Assembly: GCA_902573065.1 (NCBI GenBank)
Contig: CACGHX010000001.1
Coordinates: forward strand, 23,564 to 87,563
Reading direction: 5' to 3'
Length of the DNA: 64,000 nt
Source: an uncultured Pelagibacteraceae bacterium
Lineage (GTDB): Bacteria > Pseudomonadota > Alphaproteobacteria > Pelagibacterales > Pelagibacteraceae
Under the pieces are notes generated by a model. That model was not told the origin of the DNA, did not search any database, and was given only the letters and a program-made list of their open reading frames with translations. Position numbers and translations under genes: made by a program. Every line of letters begins with the position of its first letter. Within the stretch, counting starts at the first letter, position 1. Of the stretch, positions 48,720-56,171 are shown piece after piece.

Positions 48720-49847
48720 ATGAAATTTACTGACGTTAATCCATTTTCTAAAAATGAACAATCAAAGATTAACAAATCTCTTTTATCAACTGTTAAAAAA
48801 GGAGACTTTATACTTGGAAAAAATGTAGAAAAATTTGAAAAAAAATTTTCTAAATTAGCAAAAGTAAAATATTCAGTTGGTTGTGCAACAGGTACAGATG
48901 CTTTAATTTTGTCTATAAAAGCTTTAGGACTTAAAAAAAAACACGAGGTGATAATTCCTGGTATGTCATATATATCAACGGGTCTAAGTTTGGCATTAAA
49001 TAAGACTAAAATTTGTTTTGCTGATATTGATCCTGACACAGGATTGATATCTTTGGAGTCTATAAAAAATAAAATTAACAAAAATACTAAAGCTATTATT
49101 CCAGTGAATTTATATGGTCAAAAGGTAGATATAAAAAAATTAAGATCAATTGTAGGTAAAAGAGTATTTATTATAGAAGATAGTGCTCAATCTCATTTTG
49201 CATTTAGTTGTTACAATTGTGGAAGAGCAGACGAAGAAACTTGTTGCAAAAAAGAACTAAATCATTCTTACGCTGATTTATCTTGTTATAGTTTTTATCC
49301 ATCAAAAAACCTTGGTGCTTATGGAGATGGTGGATTGATAACTACTAATAATATGAATTTTTACCGTAAATTAAAAATATTAAGAAACTTGGGAACTATT
49401 AAAAAAAATGTTCATAAATATGAAGGCTTAAACAGTAGATTGGACACCATACAAGCATCTATTCTTTTTGAAAAAGTAAATCATACAAAAAAACATAATG
49501 ATTACAGAAGAAAAATTTCAAAGTATTATGATGATGAATTGCAATTTATTAGCGAGGTTAAAACTACAGAAACTAAACCGGGATCATCTAGACATTTATA
49601 CGTTATAAGAGTCAAAAATAGGGACAGACTTTTAAAGTATTTGCAAAAAAATGGTATTAGTTCACAATTGCATTATCCTTATAGCCTCAATAGAGCAGGG
49701 GCACTAAAGGCCAGCGTTAAGAAAGAGAATCTGCCAATATCTGAGAAATGGGCTAAAGAATGTTTAAGTCTTCCTGTATATCCATATATGAAACTTAGTG
49801 ATGCCGAAAAAGTAGTTAAAATAATAAAAAAATATTTCAATTATTAA
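48720..49847 (+). CDS. DegT/DnrJ/EryC1/StrS family PLP-dependent sugar aminotransferase
   Basis: 375 aa. Motifs: VGCATGTDAL, IEDSAQSH, SFYPSKNLGAYGDGG (PLP Lys), NSRLDTIQA. Confidence 0.85.
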   Translation: MKFTDVNPFSKNEQSKINKSLLSTVKKGDFILGKNVEKFEKKFSKLAKVKYSVGCATGTDALILSIKALGLKKKHEVIIPGMSYISTGLSLALNKTKICFADIDPDTGLISLESIKNKINKNTKAIIPVNLYGQKVDIKKLRSIVGKRVFIIEDSAQSHFAFSCYNCGRADEETCCKKELNHSYADLSCYSFYPSKNLGAYGDGGLITTNNMNFYRKLKILRNLGTIKKNVHKYEGLNSRLDTIQASILFEKVNHTKKHNDYRRKISKYYDDELQFISEVKTTETKPGSSRHLYVIRVKNRDRLLKYLQKNGISSQLHYPYSLNRAGALKASVKKENLPISEKWAKECLSLPVYPYMKLSDAEKVVKIIKKYFNY

Positions 49848-50120
49848 ATGAGCCCGGGCTCACATAATGTTTATTTGATTATTTCAAAAAAAAAAGGTTT
49901 TTATAAAACTTATGTTGGATATGCAAAAAATATTAAAAATAGATTAAATCAGCATAATTCAAATAAAGGTGCAAAAAGTACAAAAGGAAGATATTGGAAA
50001 TTAATTTTTAAAAAAAATTTTAAAAATAAAAGTAGGGCTTTAAAATACGAATACTTTTTAAAAAAAAATAGAAAATTAAGGAATGATATAAAATTAAAGT
50101 TTATAAAAAATTATGGATAA
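49848..50120 (+). CDS. GIY-YIG domain protein (UPF0213-like, stand-alone)
   Basis: 90 aa. VYLIISKKKGFYKTYVGYAKNIKNRLNQHNSNKGAKSTKG...ALKYEYFLKK matches the GIY-(x10)-YVG, R and E pattern of small GIY-YIG proteins. Confidence 0.65.
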   Translation: MSPGSHNVYLIISKKKGFYKTYVGYAKNIKNRLNQHNSNKGAKSTKGRYWKLIFKKNFKNKSRALKYEYFLKKNRKLRNDIKLKFIKNYG

Positions 50121-51021
50121 AAAAATTATTGTAAAAGTAGCTGCTGGGTTAGGTAATCAAATGTTTATGTATGCTAACGCATTCTCATTAGCTAAAAGGT
50201 TTGGTTACAAGTTATTTATTGATAATACATCGGGTTTTTTCCAAGCTAAAAACAGAACTTTTGGGAGAGCTTTTGGATTAAATTCTTTTAATTTAACAGG
50301 GGATTTAGCAGATAAATCTGATAAATATGATAATTATATAACTCATAATTATAAAAAAATAATTAAAACTCTAAATAGATTTCAAAAAAACAAAGCTTTT
50401 TTGACGGATCCTAAAGGTTCAAATAAGAAAACTTATTATGAAAAAATCGACTATCCTTTATCTGATACGGTTTATCTTGAAGGATATTTTGAATCCGAAA
50501 AGTACTTTTTTGATCTTAAGACTGAGTTAATTGAAGAATTTAAAATAAAAAACTCTTATATAAACAATAAAAATAAATTTATTAATTTATTAAGTGAAAG
50601 TAATTCAGTTTCAATCCATGTACGCAGAGATAGATTCGTTGAACCAAGTTACTTCAACGATAGAGGAAGAGAGCCAAAAAAGGATATGAGATTAGAAGAT
50701 ATTATTAATTATATTAATAGAGCTGTCTCATATTTTGAAAATAAAATTGATAATCCAAAATTCTTTATTTGGTCTAATAATTTTTCTGATCTAGATAAAA
50801 TATTCGATAAAAATAAGTTTATTTTTGTTCAGAATAATGACTATATAAATGATTTCTATTTATTCAGTTTCGCAAAACATTTTATTGTAAGCCCATCATC
50901 ATTTCATTGGTGGGGTGCGTGGTTGAACCAAAATCCTAATAAAATATGTGTAAGACCTTCTGACAATTTAAATCCTTCAAATAATAAAGATTTCTGGCCA
51001 GAGTCCTGGTCTATAATTTAA
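50113..51021 (+). CDS. GT11 family alpha-1,2-fucosyltransferase-like glycosyltransferase
   Basis: 302 aa. It has N-terminal GLGNQMFMYA, an HVRR motif (here HVRRDRF instead of HxRRGD) and C-terminal SSFHWWGAWL. Confidence 0.7.
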   Translation: MDKKIIVKVAAGLGNQMFMYANAFSLAKRFGYKLFIDNTSGFFQAKNRTFGRAFGLNSFNLTGDLADKSDKYDNYITHNYKKIIKTLNRFQKNKAFLTDPKGSNKKTYYEKIDYPLSDTVYLEGYFESEKYFFDLKTELIEEFKIKNSYINNKNKFINLLSESNSVSIHVRRDRFVEPSYFNDRGREPKKDMRLEDIINYINRAVSYFENKIDNPKFFIWSNNFSDLDKIFDKNKFIFVQNNDYINDFYLFSFAKHFIVSPSSFHWWGAWLNQNPNKICVRPSDNLNPSNNKDFWPESWSII

Positions 51022-51988
51022 CTTTATTTAAGGCGTTATTTTTAAATAAATTCGCTTCTTTAATATATCTTCTAACCATTTGAGTTGTTTTATGGCCTGT
51101 CATTGCCATAATACTTCTCTCATCAGCACCGGACTCTGCTGAAACTGTTGCAAAACCTGATCTTAAACTATGCCCCGAAAAATTTTTATTATCTATTCCT
51201 GCCATTTCTAAATATTTTTTTATTATTAGAACTACTGATTGATCTGTTAACCTGTGATTTGTTAATGATGATCCTTTTGCAAATCTTCTAAAAATTGGAC
51301 CTTCTTTAATTTGTGATAAATCTATCCATTTCTTTAAGTGAGATACAGGGCAATAATCTTTATTTGAGAAGTAGGGCAGTCCTTTGATCATCCCTTCTCC
51401 AAATTGGTCTGTTTTTGATCTTCTAAGAGTGATTTTTAAACCTTCAGGTACAAACTCTAGATCTTCATAGTCTATTGATATTAATTCTGTTCTTCTAAAC
51501 CCGCCTCCGAAACCAGTTAAGATGATTGTTTTGTCTCTAATTTTCTTAATTTCCTCAATTTTATCTTCATCTATTACTTTAATTATTGCTTTTAAATGAT
51601 TGATTAATATCGGTTTTTTACCCCTTTGAATACTTCCTTTTGCACGTTTAATACCCATTAGGTTCTCAATAATTATCGGATGCTTTGTATCAAGATAATG
51701 CCCCTTATGTTTATGAATCATGCTTATTGAGACCAATCTACGCCTTAAAGTACTTATTTTAGTGTCTTTTCCAGACAGATAAGTCAGATATAAAGCCACT
51801 ATTTTAGGTTCTGTCGGTAATGATTTAAAACCATGCTTAGCACAGAAGGCTCCAAAGTCCTTAAAATCTGATTTATAAGCTCTTATAGTATTGCTTGCTT
51901 TTGAGCTTTTGAGGTTATTTAGAGTTTCCTCATGTAAAGCTTTTAGATCTGTAACTAGTTCATTCATATCTATTACTATTGATAACAA
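51011..51988 (-). CDS. tyrosine site-specific recombinase (phage integrase family, Cre-like C-terminus)
   Basis: 325 aa from TTG 51988; ATG at 51967 is more likely. It has an N-terminal SAM-like core-binding domain (TIRAYKSDFKDF). The catalytic residues are R (GGGFRRTEL), K (RRSKTDQFGEG), HxxR (GHSLRSGFAT) and H/W-Y (GHKTTQMVRRYI). Confidence 0.85.
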   Translation of the reverse strand: MLSIVIDMNELVTDLKALHEETLNNLKSSKASNTIRAYKSDFKDFGAFCAKHGFKSLPTEPKIVALYLTYLSGKDTKISTLRRRLVSISMIHKHKGHYLDTKHPIIIENLMGIKRAKGSIQRGKKPILINHLKAIIKVIDEDKIEEIKKIRDKTIILTGFGGGFRRTELISIDYEDLEFVPEGLKITLRRSKTDQFGEGMIKGLPYFSNKDYCPVSHLKKWIDLSQIKEGPIFRRFAKGSSLTNHRLTDQSVVLIIKKYLEMAGIDNKNFSGHSLRSGFATVSAESGADERSIMAMTGHKTTQMVRRYIKEANLFKNNALNKVKL

Positions 51989-52030
51989 TTAATTATCACT
52001 ACTAATATAATAGATGATTTTTAAAGTCAA

Positions 52031-52441
52031 GTGATTAAATATACGATGATGTTCGAGTCTAGAAAAAGAATTGTCATGGACAGAGGCCCAAGCTGGCCAG
52101 ATTATGATAAAGCTGAGCCATTTATGGTTAGATACTATCCCTTATTTCGTAAAAGACCTAAATGGTTCCCTTTTAATATTTTCATTCACCAGATCTTAAA
52201 GAGTGATAGAGGCGATTTACACGACCATTATTGGTCTTATTTAACTATAATAGTTAAGGGTGGATATTGGGAAACAAGGGAAAACGGGACTTTTTGGAGA
52301 GGGCCTGGCTATATTGGTTATAGAAAGGGCACAGATAGACATAGTTTAAAGATCCCAAAGGGCAAATCAGCCTGGACAATCATATTTGTGGGTCCCAATA
52401 AAGGTTCAAAGAGGTACTCAAGTTATCAAAAAAACCCCTAA
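52031..52441 (+). CDS. small hypothetical protein with an HDH-containing beta-rich core (phage/MGE-associated family as far as I recall)
   Basis: 136 aa from GTG 52031; ATG at 52046 is more likely. The motif IHQILKSDRGDLHDHYWSYLTIIVKGGYWE...RHSL resembles the LH-x-F-x2-SD-x4-HDHPW...IL-G-Y-E proteins I associate with phage and island genes. It is GC-richer than the surroundings. Confidence 0.5.
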   Translation: MIKYTMMFESRKRIVMDRGPSWPDYDKAEPFMVRYYPLFRKRPKWFPFNIFIHQILKSDRGDLHDHYWSYLTIIVKGGYWETRENGTFWRGPGYIGYRKGTDRHSLKIPKGKSAWTIIFVGPNKGSKRYSSYQKNP

Positions 52442-52444
52442 AAA

Positions 52445-52478
52445 AAGGGTATTTTATAGCCAAAAAACCCTTATTTTT
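52445..52478 (+). terminator. candidate intrinsic terminator after the small ORF
   Basis: AAGGGT(a)TTTT ... AAAA(a)ACCCTT forms a stem with one mismatch and a 6-nt loop. It is followed by ATTTTT and starts 4 nt after the stop codon. Confidence 0.45.
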
Positions 52479-52833
52479 CAACGTTTTTTGCAATCTGAGG
52501 GTGTAATTTTTTAAAAATATAGGTTTTATGCGGTCTATTAGAGCTTATATGTATACATCACAAAAATAGGCCTATATATGGCCCATTAAACGCTATATTC
52601 TAATACTGCATTGCTCCCCTATTTCATTAAGTAAAAATCGTAGTTTCCTGGGAAGCCACTAAATAATAAACTCTAAAAAGCGTTATTTTAAGCCATTTTT
52701 TAAGTACAAGACCTTATTATCAAATAAATAACATTAGATATGATATTTTTTTATGAGTTACCATTGGTTTCGCGATTAATTGTAAATATTAAATATCAAT
52801 TTATTCAATAAAAACAGATATATAATTAAATAA

Positions 52834-52852
52834 CTTAAAGTGATACTTTAAG
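52834..52852 (-). terminator. weak candidate terminator hairpin downstream of the AEC transporter gene
   Basis: The 8-bp stem CTTAAAGT/ACTTTAAG has a 3-nt loop. On the minus strand it is followed by TTATTTAATT. The stem is AT-rich, so the support is weak. Confidence 0.25.
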
Positions 52853-52866
52853 GTAAAATAGACTAA

Positions 52867-53766
52867 TTAAACAAAATACTTGAGAGATAAAAATACGACA
52901 ATAGGTAAAGTGAAAAACGATATGGTGGTTGACACGAAAATAGTACTAGCGATGCTATCAACAACCTTTTTAGGTGAGTACATAGAGCCCACTAAATAGG
53001 TTAAAATCGCACTAGGCATAGAACTTTGAATAAATATTACACCCGCCTCTACCCCAGACAAATTAAAGGCATAAATGATTAAAAGACCAATAATTGGACC
53101 AAAAAACATTCTGGTAAATGAGTTTATTAATGAAAGCTTAAATGAAAATACTTTTAATTTAGTAAGAGCAATGCCTAAAGCCATTAAAACCATAAATATT
53201 GTTGCGTAAGATATCAAGTGGGTGGCGTTTTCTAAAAAGATAGGAACCTCTAAATCAAAATATAAAAAAATAAAAGCAAATAAAATTCCGTAAATTGGGC
53301 CATTTCTAAATAGTATTTTAAAATCTAATTTCTTTTTTGCTAGAAAAATACCCAAAGTAAAGTGCAAAAGCATTATTACTGATGCAATTGCTCCAGCAAT
53401 ACCAAAACCGGTATTACCATAAGCAAATAAACATACAGATAAACCAATATTCCCATTGTTTGGAAGAATTAAAGGAGGTAACTCATAGATAATATCTCTT
53501 TTCGTTAAAATTAGTGTAATGACCCCTACAAAAGCAAAACCAGATACCATAATTATTTTATAAGTGAAAAATTCAATAAAGGTTTCAAGATTAACGCCGG
53601 TTGATGTAAGTGAATAAAATATTAGAGCTGGCGTTCCAAATGTTCCAGTTAACTTAGTAATAAAATCAGTGTCAAATTTAGGATTTTTTTTTCCAAAATA
53701 AAACCCAATACCAATAACTAAGAAAACAGGAAAAAATACATCAACAAGCTTAAGGTAAATCTCCAT
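52867..53766 (-). CDS. AEC (auxin efflux carrier / Mem_trans) family transporter
   Basis: 299 aa with about 10 TM in two halves. It has the N-terminal FFPVFLVIGIGF and LPNNGNIG motifs typical of AEC permeases. Confidence 0.75.
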   Translation of the reverse strand: MEIYLKLVDVFFPVFLVIGIGFYFGKKNPKFDTDFITKLTGTFGTPALIFYSLTSTGVNLETFIEFFTYKIIMVSGFAFVGVITLILTKRDIIYELPPLILPNNGNIGLSVCLFAYGNTGFGIAGAIASVIMLLHFTLGIFLAKKKLDFKILFRNGPIYGILFAFIFLYFDLEVPIFLENATHLISYATIFMVLMALGIALTKLKVFSFKLSLINSFTRMFFGPIIGLLIIYAFNLSGVEAGVIFIQSSMPSAILTYLVGSMYSPKKVVDSIASTIFVSTTISFFTLPIVVFLSLKYFV

Positions 53767-54770
53767 TAAGCTCTTACATCAGATTTAGTCGGTTTTCTCA
53801 AGGGTTTATTAAAACCTATGGCTTTTTCAAATTCATTTAAACGTTTGTATATAGATCTTAGTTCAGTAATTCTCGTCCAATTTTGCAAAAATAAAGAAAA
53901 ACTACTTTGAACTTCTCTAAAAGCACTAGATGTTTGAATTAATACACCGAGCGTCATAGCACCCGTAAATAAACCTGGTCCCATCAAAAGGTATGGCACT
54001 ATAATCATTGTTTGGTTGTACATAATCAACCAAAGATCAAAATAACCATAATGTAAAAAAAGTCTGTGGTAATTGAATTTTATGCCGGTAAATAACTCTA
54101 ATACTGTTGGTGGTTTAACATAGTTTTGTCTATCATCTTCACCATAAACTAATTCTTTTCTGAAGGCAGCTTCTACTTTTTGATTATTATATTCAAGACC
54201 TGGCAGTTTTATACCAACTAACCAACTAATTACTAGTCCGCCCAAACTAGCAGTAAGTGAAACCCAAACTAAAGAACCGGACACATCTTTAAAAAATGGT
54301 ATTACAACATTTGATGATAACCCCCACAGAATAGGAATAAATGCTATTAAAAGCATTATTGCTCTAACAACCTGAAGGCCTAAACTTTCAACAATTTTGG
54401 CAAAATTCATACAATCTTCCTGTATTCTTTGTGATGCACCCTCTACTTTAGCGTCAACTTTTTTCCAATACGGCATATAAGAAAAAGTCATAGCTTCACG
54501 CCATCTAAAAGCCCATAATCTAGTAAAATAATTAGTGACCGTGTAGATCATTACATATGGAATAGCCAACTTCATAAATAGGAAAATACCATCATAAAAT
54601 TCAGATATATTTCTTTCGGTTGCTTTTTGAAGTAGATCGTAGAAACCTTTGTACCATTCATTAATTTGAACATCTATCCAGGTTTGAGCTAGTAAAGATA
54701 AAAAAATAAAGAATGCACCACCCCATGACCATAACATCCATTTCTTTTCGGTGAAAAAACTTCTCCACAT
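53766..54770 (-). CDS. SbmA/BacA-like inner-membrane transporter
   Basis: 334 aa. Blocks shared with E. coli SbmA as I recall it: NEWYKGFYDLLQKA, FRWREAMT, EGASQRIQEDCMNFA, GIKLPGLEYNNQKVEAAFRKELVYGEDD, SIYKRLNEFE. It lacks about 70 N-terminal residues relative to SbmA. Confidence 0.8.
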   Translation of the reverse strand: MWRSFFTEKKWMLWSWGGAFFIFLSLLAQTWIDVQINEWYKGFYDLLQKATERNISEFYDGIFLFMKLAIPYVMIYTVTNYFTRLWAFRWREAMTFSYMPYWKKVDAKVEGASQRIQEDCMNFAKIVESLGLQVVRAIMLLIAFIPILWGLSSNVVIPFFKDVSGSLVWVSLTASLGGLVISWLVGIKLPGLEYNNQKVEAAFRKELVYGEDDRQNYVKPPTVLELFTGIKFNYHRLFLHYGYFDLWLIMYNQTMIIVPYLLMGPGLFTGAMTLGVLIQTSSAFREVQSSFSLFLQNWTRITELRSIYKRLNEFEKAIGFNKPLRKPTKSDVRA

Positions 54771-54771
54771 A

Positions 54772-55056
54772 CTAATCTTTCAAAAAATTATCAGCGTATG
54801 ATTTGATTATAAAATTTGATTTTTTAGGTTCTATAACTTGGAAATTAATATTATTTTTTTTTGCATATTCTATAGCTTTTTCTTTTGTTGAAAACTTCAA
54901 CAACACTTCACCTAAAGTGTCTTCTCCAGACTCCCAGCCCATTAGTGGATTTGTTTTTGTATTCTTTGATTCAAATGCAAGAACCCACTTTTTGGTTTTG
55001 CTCCTGCCCGATTGCATTGCTGTCTTACTAGGTATAAAAATTTTTGCTCTTTTCAT
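54772..55056 (-). CDS. ETC complex I NDUFS4-like (18-kDa subunit family) protein
   Basis: 94 aa. AKIFIPSKTAMQSGRSKTKKWVLAFES...NPLMGWESGEDTL...LKFSTKEKAIEYAKKNNINFQV matches the NDUFS4/ETC_C1 family pattern. Confidence 0.75.
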   Translation of the reverse strand: MKRAKIFIPSKTAMQSGRSKTKKWVLAFESKNTKTNPLMGWESGEDTLGEVLLKFSTKEKAIEYAKKNNINFQVIEPKKSNFIIKSYADNFLKD

Positions 55057-55057
55057 A

Positions 55058-56167
55058 TTAATTCATTGGTAAACTACAAACTGATCCAGATACCTCTTTA
55101 TTATTTATATTTGTTTTAAAATTTTGAGAGTCTTTACAATATTCAATATTTATCATAGCTATTCCGACTATCATTTTAAACCCAGGTGAATAAACGGCAG
55201 ATCTTAAATATCCTATAGTTTCTTTATTTTCATCAACGAGTTTTAACTCTGATGTTAGATTAATGTTTTTTTCGTTTATTTTAACACCCATTAGTTTTCT
55301 TTTAATTCCTTCTAATTTAACTTTTTGTAATGCTTTTTTTCCTAAAAATTCAATATTACTCTCTAAATTAATATATTTATCTAATCCACATTCAAAGGGA
55401 TTATCATTATTATCCATATCGTTACCATAGGACAACAAAGCACCCTCTATTCTTTCAATAACATTTGGACAACCTGGTTTTAAATTGAACTTGTTACCAA
55501 CTTTAATAATATAATCATAAAGTTTAATACCTGATTTCGAATTTTCAACGTAGATCTCGTAACCACCTTGCTTAGAAAAACCAGATTTTGATATCATAAA
55601 ATCTATGTCTTCAAATTTAAAATAATTAAAATTAAAAAACTTAAGTTTACTTATCTCATCTCCAAAAACTTTTCTCATTACATCCAAAGATTTAGGTCCT
55701 TGTACTGCGAGAGTAGAAATTTTTGTCTCATGAATTTTTACATTTAATTTCATTGAGTCAGCAATTCCTTTTGCATAAAGCAAAACATCTGAGTCCGCTA
55801 TACATATTCTCCATTTCATATCTTCTACTTTTAAAACCAGTGGATCGTTAATCATATTACCATTTCCATCAATCAAAGGAACGTAGTAACATTTAAGCAC
55901 TTTAGCACCACTTAGGTCTCTACATGTCATAAGTTGAACTAATTTATAAGAATCACTACCACTAACTTCAATTTGTTTTTGAACAGAGACATCCCATAAT
56001 TGAACATCTTTTTTTAAGTGAAAATATTCATCTTCTAGTGACTTAAAATGAGTTGGTAATAACATGTGGTTATAAACAGTATAACCACCTACCCCATAAC
56101 TTTCTAATCTAGATGTGTATGGGGTAATTTTAACTCTTCTATTTTTTGAAATTTCAAATTTATTCAT
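55058..56167 (-). CDS. dmdA: GcvT-family aminomethyltransferase, probable DMSP demethylase
   Basis: 369 aa with the GcvT fold. It is called DmdA because no gcvH or gcvP is adjacent. It also sits in one array with an AMP-forming CoA ligase and a roughly 590-aa acyl-CoA dehydrogenase. I recall that arrangement being described for dmdA/B/C of Pelagibacter, and I recall 369 aa as the length of P. ubique DmdA. Confidence 0.75.
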   Translation of the reverse strand: MNKFEISKNRRVKITPYTSRLESYGVGGYTVYNHMLLPTHFKSLEDEYFHLKKDVQLWDVSVQKQIEVSGSDSYKLVQLMTCRDLSGAKVLKCYYVPLIDGNGNMINDPLVLKVEDMKWRICIADSDVLLYAKGIADSMKLNVKIHETKISTLAVQGPKSLDVMRKVFGDEISKLKFFNFNYFKFEDIDFMISKSGFSKQGGYEIYVENSKSGIKLYDYIIKVGNKFNLKPGCPNVIERIEGALLSYGNDMDNNDNPFECGLDKYINLESNIEFLGKKALQKVKLEGIKRKLMGVKINEKNINLTSELKLVDENKETIGYLRSAVYSPGFKMIVGIAMINIEYCKDSQNFKTNINNKEVSGSVCSLPMN

Positions 56168-56171
56168 TTAT

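Larger units (their letters stand above)
51011..52866. mobile_element. possible integrase-associated element or remnant (recombinase + small ORF + non-coding tail); ends undefined
   Basis: Hand counts give 28/60 GC at 51121-51180 and 27/60 at 52081-52140. The glycan genes next door give 8/60 at 50521-50580 and 12/60 at 46321-46380. A 425-bp non-coding tract follows. No flanking direct repeats could be established. Confidence 0.3.

Noticed and set aside
51033-51042. A 10-nt direct repeat GCGTTATTTT at 51033-51042 and 52680-52689, bracketing the recombinase module. It was considered as possible att sites.
   Set aside because: It is too short and T-rich to be significant by eye in DNA this AT-rich. 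The left copy lies inside the recombinase coding region. A computed repeat search against a null model is needed.
51985-52783. A 9-nt inverted repeat ACAATTAAT (51985-51993) / ATTAATTGT (52775-52783) around the small ORF. It was considered as the ends of a recombinase-invertible promoter segment, like fimS.
   Set aside because: It is 9 bp of almost pure A/T, and I found no longer flanking complementarity. Chance occurrence is likely.
52442-52866. A possible tRNA fragment, tmRNA piece or other classic integrase target hidden in the long spacer.
   Set aside because: I found no T-loop consensus (GGTTCGAATCC-like), no acceptor-CCA end and no plausible tag reading frame on either strand. I also found no copy of the 3' ends of the tRNA-Ser or tRNA-Pro genes from this window.
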